From an uncultured virus (IMG/VR IMGVR_UViG_3300005323_000038) (taxonomy: Duplodnaviria; Heunggongvirae; Uroviricota; Caudoviricetes): a stretch of 64,000 nt of DNA. Made by a program: the position numbers and the translations under genes. Location: IMG/VR virus record IMGVR_UViG_3300005323_000038. One strand, written 5' to 3'. The notes below the pieces were generated by a model. That model ran no database searches. It saw only the letters and a program-made list of their open reading frames with translations, and was not told where the DNA came from. Positions 1 to 9,091 of the stretch are shown one piece after another. Within the stretch, counting starts at the first letter, position 1, and each line of letters begins with the position of its first letter.

Positions 1-1
1 T

Positions 2-799
2 AATGATTTCTATGATTTCGACAGGAAGAGGATTATAAATTCTATTATGCTTCATTGTGATTTGACAGAAGAAGAATCTTTTGAAATAGCAAAAACAGTT
101 GAACTAAGACTTATGAGCAGTGGTCAGAAAACAGTCAGTTCTGGTTTTATAAGAGAAATCGTAAATAATATTTTGTTTGAAAAAGGATACAATAAACAGC
201 TTGAACAGTATTACAATATAATAACTTCGTTAGACACTATTGAATCAGTACTTACCGACCACAATAAAGAGAACAGTAATACTGGATTTTCTCCTGAAAG
301 TATAAACTTAACTCTTGCAGGAAGTATATTAAAATCATATGCTTTAAGAACATTGCATTCTTCTAATATTTCAAAAGCACATAAAATAGGGGATATTCAC
401 ATACATGACAGCGATTTTACTGGCGTAAGACCTTATGCTTTTGATGGGGAAAAGTCTGTTGTGGCAGTAAATAAAGGAAATGGTTTTGAAGAAATATCGA
501 TTGAAAAACTTTATAAACAGTCATTGGGCAACAAAAATGCAACAAGAAAAATAGAACATGATGGGAACGTCTCTTTAATTTTTAATAATAAAATAGAGGT
601 AAAAGATAAGAATTCAAATACAGACTTAATATCTATTACTGAAATAATAGAAAATAAAGAAATATTTGAAATAGAATTGGAAAACGGAGCTAAAATATTT
701 GTTACTGGGGAACATCCATGTATAGTTATTAAGGATGGAAAAGAGGTTATAAAAAGAGCCGATGAAATAATAGAGGGGGAATCCTTCTATGCAAACTAA
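2..799 (+). CDS. nrdD: Class III (anaerobic) ribonucleotide reductase, N-terminal fragment (ATP-cone) fused to split intein N-half; 5' end lies outside the window
   Basis: Frame is open from base 2 (NDFYDFDRKRIINSIM, ATP-cone-like). NrdD motifs NKENSN and AHKIGDIHIHD...RPY are followed by intein blocks A/B and a stop. Confidence 0.9.
   Translation, partial: NDFYDFDRKRIINSIMLHCDLTEEESFEIAKTVELRLMSSGQKTVSSGFIREIVNNILFEKGYNKQLEQYYNIITSLDTIESVLTDHNKENSNTGFSPESINLTLAGSILKSYALRTLHSSNISKAHKIGDIHIHDSDFTGVRPYAFDGEKSVVAVNKGNGFEEISIEKLYKQSLGNKNATRKIEHDGNVSLIFNNKIEVKDKNSNTDLISITEIIENKEIFEIELENGAKIFVTGEHPCIVIKDGKEVIKRADEIIEGESFYAN
437..796 (+). other. Split intein N-fragment (IntN, 120 aa, Ala1)
   Basis: Block A-like AFDGEKSV directly after RPY; block B GAKIFVTGEHP (TxxH); ends KRADEIIEGESF; acidic. 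Confidence 0.88.
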
Positions 800-1688
800 A
801 AGCACAAAGGGTAAAACTTGGGAACAGATATATGGAAAAGAATATGCAGAAATAAAAATGCAAAAATTGATGGAACAGATAAAAACAAGAAAATCAAATA
901 AAGGAAAAAAATGGGAAGATATTTACTCTCCAGAGGAAGTTGCGAGACGGAAAGAGATGATGAAAAATCATAACCCATCTACAAAACTGACAAATGAACA
1001 AAAAATAAAAAAAAATGAAAAACTAAAGGAAATATCTATACGATTGGCTAAAACAAGACCAAATCCAATGTTAGGAAAAAAGCATACAGAGGAAACAAAG
1101 AGAAAAATGTCAAAAGTAAGAAATGAAAGATTTGCAGAAAGGACAAAAGATAGGCCAAAAAAAGTAAGACTTAAAAAATTTTACGGTATGAGAAAAATAA
1201 ATAGAGATGTAGAGTTTACTTGTAAAAATTGTAATATTACCAAAACAGTAAAAGAGACATACCTATATCCTCATCATGACGAGATAAGGAAATTTTGCTC
1301 AAGAACGTGTCAAATAGAGTACGCAAGACTTCATCCACATATACCAATAAAGCCAAATGGATGGGAGAAAATAATAATATCCCTTGATATCAAAGAAGTT
1401 AAATTTGTAGGAGACCATTCGTTTTGGATACCTATAAAGTTTAAAGGAAAGAAAAGTTATTTTAAAAATCCTGATTTTAAAGTCGGAAGTTTTTCAAAAA
1501 ATCGAGCAATAATAGAAATTTTAGGAAAAAGATTTCACTCTGATGAAGAGAATAAAGAATTATCAAACGCATACTCTGAGGTAAATGTAAAACATTTATT
1601 CTTAACAAATGAGGATTTTAAAAAGAAAGATAAGGATTTTTTAAGAAGTAAGATAGAAGGGTGGATGAAAGAAAATGGAATTGAGTAA
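789..1688 (+). mobile_element. Free-standing homing endonuclease (NUMOD3 + Zn ribbon + Vsr/DUF559-like nuclease) between the intein halves
   Basis: KGKxWExIY twice; NPMLGKKHTEETKRKMS (NUMOD3); CKNC..FCSRTC; C-terminal PDF...IEILGKRFH. Overlaps both flanking ORFs in a third frame. Confidence 0.85.
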
Positions 1689-1785
1689 AATAAAATCTAT
1701 AAAAAAAATAGGTATAAAAAATAAGGTTTATGATGTAACGACGAAATCACATACCTTTATGTGTAATGGGATTTATGTTCACAAT
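1675..1785 (+). other. Split intein C-fragment (IntC, 37 aa)
   Basis: Basic KIKSIKKIG start, block F VYDVTT.SHTF, block G NGIYVHN followed by Cys+1 (1786-1788). Confidence 0.92.
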
Positions 1786-3639
1786 TGTAGCGGTAATTCA
1801 ATCGAATATATTAAAAAGAATGGAATAAAATTTCCAGGAATGCAAGTAGAGTCTTCACCAGCAAAACATGCTTTATCTTTAATAAGTCATATGTCTTGCT
1901 TTGCCAACTACTTACAGGGCATATTCAGTGGGGCTATTGGCTATGACGCAGTAAACATATTCATGGCTCCATTCTTTGAAGGATCTTCTAATGAACAAAT
2001 AAAACAAATGGCCCAACATATGATATTTAGTTTCTCGCAACTTTCAAGTTCCAGAGGGGGTCAATTGGTATTCTCTGATTTCAATATGTATCTCGAAATT
2101 CCTGATCATTATAGAAATACTCCTGTTGTTGGCCCTGGCGGTAAATATATCGATGGAGTTACATATAAAGATTACGAAAAAGAAGCAAGATCGTTTCTAT
2201 TTGCTGTACTTCAAGTTCTTGACGAAGGCGATAGAAACGGAGCAAACTTTAATTTTCCAAAAATACTTTTGCATTTAAAAGAGGGGAAAGATTATTCTAA
2301 TGACGCTTTATTTGATTATGCTTGTCAAATAAATGCAAAAAGAGGCTCTGTATATATTCTATTCGACCGTGGAGCCGCTCAAATATCACAATGCTGCCGA
2401 TTATCAATTTTATTGAGTGACGAAGAAATAAAAAGAACTACGGAACATCCAGAAGAAACTCGATTCTCCGCATGGCAAAATGTAACTATAAATCTTCCAA
2501 GGATTGCATATAAATCAAAAAGTGAGCAAGAAGCGTTCGATAACCTAAAAGAAGTAATTTGCGTTGCAATGAAAGCTCATAAAGAAAAATACGATTATTT
2601 CTGCAAGCGCCTTGATGAAAATAACTTTACAAAATTCTTAAACTCTGGTCTTGATGGAAAGCCATATCTTCGTAGAGAAGAAGCAAAGTTCTTACTTGGA
2701 ATGGTTGGGTTAAACGAAATGATCCAATGCCTTACTGGATTTCAATTGCATGAAAGCGAAGGGTCTTTCTTAAAAGGACTTGAAATAATTTCATTTATGA
2801 AAAAAATAATGAAAGAAGAATCAGAAAAATATGGCTTATATTGTATTCTTGAAGAAACTCCAGCAGAAGGATGTTCACAGAGATTGGCAACACTTGACCT
2901 TAAATATTATTCAGAACAAGCGAGGAAATATGTTCGCGGTAATTTAAAAGACGAATCGTTTAGGTATTATACCAATAGCGTTCATATTCCTTATGACGCT
3001 GATATCGATATATTTGAACGTATAGTTAAGCAATCAAAATTCTCTCCTATGATTGAAGCCGGCTCAATAATTCATGTATGGCTCGGAGAAAAACTTCCTG
3101 ACTGGAGAGCTATTAAGGAATTAACCTTATCAACTTTAAATTCAACAAAGGCCTCTCAAATAGCGTTTAGCCCTGATTTTACAACCTGTGAAGATTGTCA
3201 TACGACGCATAGAGGTTTTAAAGAAGAATGTCCGAATTGTGGTTCAAAAAACACTTATATGATTACTCGCATAACCGGATATTTTTCAAAAGTTTCTGGA
3301 TGGACAAAAGGCAAAATTGCAGAATTAAGAGACAGAAAAAAAGTTGATAACATTTCGGTGTATAATTCAAATGATAATTTAACATACATCCCAGAAAAAA
3401 CAAAAATATATTTTTTTTCAAAGCCTGGATGTCAAAAATGTGAAGAAGCGAAGGAAAGGCTTAAAAATATTGACATCAAATATGAAGTAGTTGATACGTC
3501 AGAGCCAAAAGGTGAGGCGTTGGCAAGATATTATGATATTGATGATCTTCCTGCAATGATAAAGGTAAATGGTAGAATGGTAATATCGAGATTTAATAAA
3601 AAAGAATCCATGCTGAAATGGATAAAAGAAAACAAATAG
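1675..3639 (+). CDS. nrdD: Split intein C-half + NrdD catalytic C-terminal fragment + fused glutaredoxin/NrdH-like domain
   Basis: VYDVT...NGIYVHN|C junction; SQCCRL, ETPAEG, YYTNS, CEDC/CPNC Zn site, RITGY glycyl motif; C-terminal FSKPGCQKC thioredoxin-fold. Confidence 0.93.
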   Translation: MELSKIKSIKKIGIKNKVYDVTTKSHTFMCNGIYVHNCSGNSIEYIKKNGIKFPGMQVESSPAKHALSLISHMSCFANYLQGIFSGAIGYDAVNIFMAPFFEGSSNEQIKQMAQHMIFSFSQLSSSRGGQLVFSDFNMYLEIPDHYRNTPVVGPGGKYIDGVTYKDYEKEARSFLFAVLQVLDEGDRNGANFNFPKILLHLKEGKDYSNDALFDYACQINAKRGSVYILFDRGAAQISQCCRLSILLSDEEIKRTTEHPEETRFSAWQNVTINLPRIAYKSKSEQEAFDNLKEVICVAMKAHKEKYDYFCKRLDENNFTKFLNSGLDGKPYLRREEAKFLLGMVGLNEMIQCLTGFQLHESEGSFLKGLEIISFMKKIMKEESEKYGLYCILEETPAEGCSQRLATLDLKYYSEQARKYVRGNLKDESFRYYTNSVHIPYDADIDIFERIVKQSKFSPMIEAGSIIHVWLGEKLPDWRAIKELTLSTLNSTKASQIAFSPDFTTCEDCHTTHRGFKEECPNCGSKNTYMITRITGYFSKVSGWTKGKIAELRDRKKVDNISVYNSNDNLTYIPEKTKIYFFSKPGCQKCEEAKERLKNIDIKYEVVDTSEPKGEALARYYDIDDLPAMIKVNGRMVISRFNKKESMLKWIKENK

Positions 3640-3640
3640 C

Positions 3641-3667
3641 AATTAAGGCCGGCGAAAGCCGGTCTTT
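3641..3667 (+). terminator. Intrinsic terminator-like hairpin; copy 1 of a 27-bp direct repeat
   Basis: AATTAAGGCCGGCGAAAGCCGGTCTTT: GC stem, GAAA loop, T tail. Confidence 0.8.
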
Positions 3668-3681
3668 AAGTAAGGAGAATT

Positions 3682-4527
3682 ATGAAATTTTTAGATATAT
3701 TTTCTGGAATCGGAGGTTTTCGTTTAGGTTTAGAAATGGCAGGGCATGAATGTGTTGGACATATAGAAATAGATAAGTATGCAAATAAAAGTTATAATGC
3801 AATGCACAATCCAAAGGAGGATGAATATTTTGGAGAAGATATTACAAAAATTGAATCAAGAGATCTGCCAAACGCCGATATCTGGTGTGGAGGATTTCCC
3901 TGTCAAGGGTTCTCTATCGCTGGAAAAAGAGGAGGATTCGATGACCATAGAGGAGTGCTTATTTTTGAGATTCTTCGACTCGCAAAAGAAAAACGACCGA
4001 AAATTTTATTCTTGGAAAATGTTAGAGGACTTCTTAACCACGACAAAGGAAGAACCTTCGGATCAATCTTGCTTGCAATTCGGGATGCAGGGTATGACCA
4101 GATTGAATGGTGTGTTCTCAACTCAAAAAATTTTGGAGTGCCACAAAACAGAGAAAGAGTGTTTATTATCGCATATCTTAGAGGAGAGCGTAGAAGAGAA
4201 ATATTTCCTCTCGAAAGAAATGACGGAAAAACTAATGGGAAGCTTAAAGAATTAATTCCCGGAAGAATGGCAGAGAGAGTTTATGATGAAGATGGAATAT
4301 CTAAAAATTTAATTGGATTAGGTGGTGGTCTTGGGGCTAAAACTGGGCTTTATATGATAAATAAACGCATTCGTAGATTAACACCAAAAGAATGTTTCAG
4401 ACTTCAAGGATTTCCAGATGAATATTTTGAACGAGCAAGAAAAGTTAATTCTGATAGTCAGCTTTATAAGCAAGCAGGAAATGGCGTAACAGTAAATGTG
4501 ATATATGAAATAGCAAAAAAGCTATAA
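3682..4527 (+). CDS. dcm: DNA (cytosine-5) methyltransferase
   Basis: FSGIGG (I), GFPCQ (IV), ENV (VI), QNRERVF (VIII), RRLTPKEC..LQGFPD (IX), KQAGNGV (X). Confidence 0.95.
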   Translation: MKFLDIFSGIGGFRLGLEMAGHECVGHIEIDKYANKSYNAMHNPKEDEYFGEDITKIESRDLPNADIWCGGFPCQGFSIAGKRGGFDDHRGVLIFEILRLAKEKRPKILFLENVRGLLNHDKGRTFGSILLAIRDAGYDQIEWCVLNSKNFGVPQNRERVFIIAYLRGERRREIFPLERNDGKTNGKLKELIPGRMAERVYDEDGISKNLIGLGGGLGAKTGLYMINKRIRRLTPKECFRLQGFPDEYFERARKVNSDSQLYKQAGNGVTVNVIYEIAKKL

Positions 4528-4553
4528 ATTAAGGCCGGCGAAAGCCGGTCTTT
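4527..4553 (+). terminator. Intrinsic terminator-like hairpin; copy 2 of the 27-bp direct repeat
   Basis: Identical to 3641-3667. Confidence 0.8.
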
Positions 4554-4567
4554 TAATTGGAGGCAAT

Positions 4568-5029
4568 ATGAGTAAAGCATTACAAGATATTGAAAACTAC
4601 AAACGAAAAATATTACAAGAGTTATATAGTCAACTCAGTGATAGCGAAAAAGAATCTTTTAATAAAAACTATTCAAGCGAAGATTATTTCTATGTTAATT
4701 CTGTTCCAGCTTGCCGACTTGATTATTTCATATCTAAATGTGAAATGATGGTAGATAGGAAATTTGATAAAAAAGTAAAATGCTTATTTAATGGAACTTA
4801 TACATATGAATTTTATACCGAAGAAATTTATTTTATTGATGGCAAATATATTAAACTTTGGGATAATGGAACCACAGAAGAAGTTTCTCCATTATGTGAA
4901 TTGACAGATGAACAGTTTACAGCAATAAATAATATGAACCAAGAAATGAGTGACTTAACAGATAAAAGAAATTATATTGAGCAAAAGCTTTGTGATTATT
5001 GCAAAGATATTAAAAGAGGCAAGTTATGA
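4568..5029 (+). CDS. Hypothetical protein
   Basis: 153-aa ORF with GGAGG SD. Confidence 0.7.
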   Translation: MSKALQDIENYKRKILQELYSQLSDSEKESFNKNYSSEDYFYVNSVPACRLDYFISKCEMMVDRKFDKKVKCLFNGTYTYEFYTEEIYFIDGKYIKLWDNGTTEEVSPLCELTDEQFTAINNMNQEMSDLTDKRNYIEQKLCDYCKDIKRGKL

Positions 5030-5163
5030 CGGAATTAAACTATAAAGACAACAAGTCTTTTCATATAAGAAGAAAAATCTTAAAATCCGGTGAAGTAATA
5101 AAAAACTTGGTGGATTAAGAATAAACTATATTCAATATAGAAATATATAAGGAGCTGGTAAAA

Positions 5164-5799
5164 ATGGAAAGAACAGTTAAAATAAGCGTAGGTAATTCAA
5201 AGATGGGTAAAGTTGCGAGCGTATCTCTGCCACCAATAAAAACTTGTGGTAATTGTAAAGAATGTGCAAAAAGATGTTACGCAAAGCAACAATATATTCA
5301 ATATTCAAATGTAAAAGCAGCATATGATAACAATTATGAACTTGTGAAAGAAAACATGAATTTGTATTTTCAACAGATTGACGGATATATTAATTATAAA
5401 AATGTAAAACTCTTCAGATGGCATGTAAGTGGAGATATATTAGATATGAATTACTTGCTTAAAATAATTCATCTTGCTGAGACAAACCCTAATTGTAAAT
5501 TTATTATTTTTACAAAAATGTATGAGTTGATAAATACTTTTATAAAAAAATATAATAGCCTAATGCCAATCCCTAATAATCTTAAAATCATATTCTCAGC
5601 ATGGCCGAATGTAAAAATGGAGAATAGATATAAATTTCCAGTCGCATATTTGAAAGACCAAGCGGGTAAAGCTATAATCCCAAAAGATGTGAAAGAGTGC
5701 AAAGGTAATTGCGAGAAATGTTTAATGTGCTTCAATCTAAAACATGAACAATCAGTTTATTTTCATGAACATGGCCCACATATAAGAAAGAACAAATAA
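5164..5799 (+). CDS. GP88-like Cys-rich (radical-SAM-like) phage protein
   Basis: NSKMG..SLPP..TC..C..C...CYA, FRWHVSGDI, C-terminal CKGNCEKCLMC. Confidence 0.7.
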   Translation: MERTVKISVGNSKMGKVASVSLPPIKTCGNCKECAKRCYAKQQYIQYSNVKAAYDNNYELVKENMNLYFQQIDGYINYKNVKLFRWHVSGDILDMNYLLKIIHLAETNPNCKFIIFTKMYELINTFIKKYNSLMPIPNNLKIIFSAWPNVKMENRYKFPVAYLKDQAGKAIIPKDVKECKGNCEKCLMCFNLKHEQSVYFHEHGPHIRKNK

Positions 5800-5802
5800 A
5801 AC

Positions 5803-5831
5803 TTGCATTTTTGAATAAAATAGTATATACT
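5803..5831 (+). promoter_or_regulatory. Sigma70-type promoter with palindrome over -10
   Basis: TTGCAT-17-TATACT; TAGTATATACTA palindrome. Confidence 0.7.
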
Positions 5832-5852
5832 ATTAAAAACTTTGGAGGCAAG

Positions 5853-6467
5853 ATGAATAATTCAAACTTTCCAGATATTAATATATTTGGATTTAACACA
5901 ACAACTTGTGATGCTCCGTGGCCGGCATGGATATTCTTTACAAAAGAATGTAATCTTAATTGCCCATACTGTCACAATAAAGAAGCCATGTATAATCAAC
6001 CGGCAATTATAAGTAATATAGTAGAAAATAAACTCATTGAAATAAACAATAATCCACTAATTAAAGGAATAATAATTTCGGGTGGTGAACCAACAATTCA
6101 GAATAACTTAATTGATTTTTTAAGAAGAGCTAAAACATCGTTTCCAAGACTTAAAGTAAAACTCGATACAAATGGAACAAGGCCAATGGTAGTTTCAAAT
6201 ATAATAAGAGAAAAGCTTGTTGATTTTATTGCCATGGACATAAAAATGCCATTCGGCAGATATGAAGAGTTAAGAAGAGACAAAAGAGAAAATTTTTATC
6301 AAGAACTTGGAAATCTTGCTTTTATCTCTTCCCAATTAATTAAACGATCAAAAATCGAACATGAATTTAGAATTACTGTAGATCCAGATTTAGTATCTCA
6401 TAAAGAGTTAAAGCAAATAAGTAATATGTTTAAATGCATAAAAATACAGAAAGTAGTAAAAAGGTGA
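5853..6467 (+). CDS. nrdG: Anaerobic RNR activating enzyme (radical SAM)
   Basis: CNLNCPYC, SGGEPT, KLDTNG, IAMDIK; near nrdD; start chosen after GGAGG. Confidence 0.9.
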   Translation: MNNSNFPDINIFGFNTTTCDAPWPAWIFFTKECNLNCPYCHNKEAMYNQPAIISNIVENKLIEINNNPLIKGIIISGGEPTIQNNLIDFLRRAKTSFPRLKVKLDTNGTRPMVVSNIIREKLVDFIAMDIKMPFGRYEELRRDKRENFYQELGNLAFISSQLIKRSKIEHEFRITVDPDLVSHKELKQISNMFKCIKIQKVVKR

Positions 6468-6471
6468 TTTT

Positions 6472-6669
6472 ATGAAGTTTTCTCAAGATGAAATAAATGT
6501 TATGACAAGAGATTTAACTGAGTTCTCGTATGTTCTTGAAAAAGAGCATCCAGATTTAAGTGATATCTTTGATTTCTTTAAATGTTCAAATTGTAAATTT
6601 TACAAAACTTGTAAAGTAAAAAGAGAAGTCGATCTTTGCTCTAATTTTAGAAGATTAGGCTGTGATTAA
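6472..6669 (+). CDS. Small Cys-rich hypothetical protein
   Basis: CSNCKFYKTC; AGGTGA SD. Confidence 0.6.
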   Translation: MKFSQDEINVMTRDLTEFSYVLEKEHPDLSDIFDFFKCSNCKFYKTCKVKREVDLCSNFRRLGCD

Positions 6670-6937
6670 ATTGAGAGTTAAATATGAAGTAGAAGTTAAA
6701 ACAAAAACCAACCCCATATCCCAAATATTAATTGATAAATATGGCGATGATTTATTAAATTGGCCGAAAGCAGACATAAAAAATCGCCTTATTATATGCA
6801 AGAACTGTATGCAAGAATTTGTATCTGATGAAGTAAAAAATAATATATATAATCCTGAACATGAAACAAGAGTTATATTTGTTTGCCCTAACTGTGGCGA
6901 GCATAATGCAATTAAAAAACATAGACTTGAAGTATAG
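6662..6937 (+). CDS. Zn-ribbon hypothetical protein
   Basis: CKNC...CPNC. Confidence 0.6.
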   Translation: MIKLRVKYEVEVKTKTNPISQILIDKYGDDLLNWPKADIKNRLIICKNCMQEFVSDEVKNNIYNPEHETRVIFVCPNCGEHNAIKKHRLEV

Positions 6938-6949
6938 GTTGGTGGTTTT

Positions 6950-9091
6950 ATGGCGGTATTAACTAAAGCAAAAAAAGAAAAAAAGAAAAAAGTAATAAAA
7001 GAAAAACAATTAACTCAAACACAGGAATTTAAAAAAGAACCATATACTATTGAAACATCAAGAGACAATACGTCATTATGCGAAGATGTAAAGTTATTTA
7101 AAACTACAGATTTTCCATTTATGACATTCCCTTTTGAATATTTCAATCCAATGCAGAGTGGAATAGTTGATAAAGTTATAAATACTGATAACAACTTTAT
7201 TGTTCTTTCTCCAACTGCATCAGGAAAAACTGTTGTGTTTGAAATGCTTGCTTCTAAACTTATATCTGCCGGCAAGAAAGCAATATACCTTTCTCCTTTA
7301 AAAGCTCTTTCAAATGAAAAGTTACAAGACTGGACTGACGAAAGGCATTTCTTTTCAAAATATAAAGTTTGTATAATGACTGGCGATCAAGAAAAAACTG
7401 ATGCAAAAATGAAAGAAATGAATAATGCTGACATAATTGTAATGACATCTGAAATGCTTGACAGTTGTAGAAGAAATAACAAAGACGATGATAATTGGCT
7501 TTCTAAGACTGGAGCGTTGCTTATTGACGAAAGTCATTTGATTTCTGAAAAGACTCGCGGAGACAAACTTGAATCTGCGATAATGGGATTTACAAAGTTT
7601 AATCCTGATTGTCAATTAATGTTATCAACTGCTACTGCTCCAAACTCACATGAATTTTCTGAATGGATCGAATCAATAACAAATAAAAAAACAATATTAT
7701 ATGAAAGTAATTATAGGCCCTGTTCATTAAATAGACATTTTGTAAGATTCCCTGGAACGACTTATCAAGGAGAAGAGAGCCTGAGGATTAAAATATCCTT
7801 GGATTTAATGATGCAATATCCTGATGATTTGTTTTTAATATTCTGCGCTTCTAAGAAATTTCAGAAGACTATTGCTGATGTTGTTTCAAGGCATGGAATA
7901 AGCTGCGAGTTCTATAATGCTGACCTTTCGTATGACGAAAGAAAAAGAATATATAATGAATTTAACGAAAAGAAGTTTAGATGTTTGATATCAACTCCAG
8001 GTCTTGCTTGGGGTGTTAATATGCCGGCAAGAAGAGTTATAATAGCACACAATAAATTTGGAAGAATCGATGATGTTACAACTGCAACTTTAAATCAAAT
8101 GGCTGGACGAGCAGGAAGACCTAAATATGACACAGAAGGTGATGTTTATTTCTTACTTCCAGAAAGAGATTATGGCGATGTTGTAGCGAGAGTTAAAAAA
8201 GGAGAGAATATATCTTCATGTATGACTGGCGTTATGATAGATTTCCATGCGATAGCAGAAATAAAGAATGGATATATTAAAACTCCTGAAGACTTCTTTG
8301 AATGGTATAAAAGATCCTTTGCTTATTCTCAAAAAAATAAAATGTCAAAACTTATGGCTGATTCTATGTTTGAAAGATTAACTGACATAAAAATGATAAA
8401 GAAACTTGAAAGTAATGATTATGTTGCAACTCCTACTGGAATTGTTACGGCAATGATGTATTTAATACCAGAAGATGTTAATTGTTGGAAAATGAATTTT
8501 GGAACATTTTTTAAACAAGAACATAAAGTCGAAACAAAAAAAGAAAAGGATTGGCTTATAGCGGGAGCATTTGTAAATACGAAAAGTAATTATGATTTAA
8601 AGAAATGGATAGATCGAGATATTGGAGCGTACTTCAAAAAACTCTGTGGATTCAATGTTCATGATGCTCAAACTTATTTGCAAATGATTTATTACTTTGC
8701 TATGAACGACTATGAGTTTCCAGATTATATGGTAAACGAAGTTATGACCGTAAGAAGAGATGTTCAAAGAATTATATCTGCCTTATCTCAAATTGATTTA
8801 CGAACAAGGCTATGGGGCAAATCTGGTTTCTGGAAAATGTTAGCAATGAGATTTAAGTATGGTGTTCCTGAAAGCAGAACTGAATTATGTTCCATTCCTG
8901 GAATTGGAGCGGCGTATTCTAAAAAACTTCATATTGCAGGAATAAAAACTATTTTTGATATAGAACATAGCACTCATATTCTTGAGGATATCCTTGGAAA
9001 GGCAACATCAGACAAAGTAAAGAAAGGACTTGGAATCTATTCGGACTTGAAAGAGCAAGAGCAATATTTAAATAATGAGTTAGGAATATAG
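6950..9091 (+). CDS. Ski2/Hel308-like SF2 helicase
   Basis: FNPMQ, SPTASGKT, PLKALSNEK, DESH, TAT, LAWGVNMPA, QMAGRAGRP, C-terminal HhH (IPGIG). Confidence 0.9.
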   Translation: MAVLTKAKKEKKKKVIKEKQLTQTQEFKKEPYTIETSRDNTSLCEDVKLFKTTDFPFMTFPFEYFNPMQSGIVDKVINTDNNFIVLSPTASGKTVVFEMLASKLISAGKKAIYLSPLKALSNEKLQDWTDERHFFSKYKVCIMTGDQEKTDAKMKEMNNADIIVMTSEMLDSCRRNNKDDDNWLSKTGALLIDESHLISEKTRGDKLESAIMGFTKFNPDCQLMLSTATAPNSHEFSEWIESITNKKTILYESNYRPCSLNRHFVRFPGTTYQGEESLRIKISLDLMMQYPDDLFLIFCASKKFQKTIADVVSRHGISCEFYNADLSYDERKRIYNEFNEKKFRCLISTPGLAWGVNMPARRVIIAHNKFGRIDDVTTATLNQMAGRAGRPKYDTEGDVYFLLPERDYGDVVARVKKGENISSCMTGVMIDFHAIAEIKNGYIKTPEDFFEWYKRSFAYSQKNKMSKLMADSMFERLTDIKMIKKLESNDYVATPTGIVTAMMYLIPEDVNCWKMNFGTFFKQEHKVETKKEKDWLIAGAFVNTKSNYDLKKWIDRDIGAYFKKLCGFNVHDAQTYLQMIYYFAMNDYEFPDYMVNEVMTVRRDVQRIISALSQIDLRTRLWGKSGFWKMLAMRFKYGVPESRTELCSIPGIGAAYSKKLHIAGIKTIFDIEHSTHILEDILGKATSDKVKKGLGIYSDLKEQEQYLNNELGI

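Noticed and set aside
789..1688. Group I intron carrying the endonuclease
   Set aside because: No non-coding flanks for a ribozyme core; the ORF overlaps both neighbours, which carry intein blocks.
3779..4255. 158-aa alternative-frame ORF inside dcm, as in two-polypeptide MTases
   Set aside because: The main ORF already has motifs I to X; the alternative frame has a TTG-type or weak start context and no recognisable motif.
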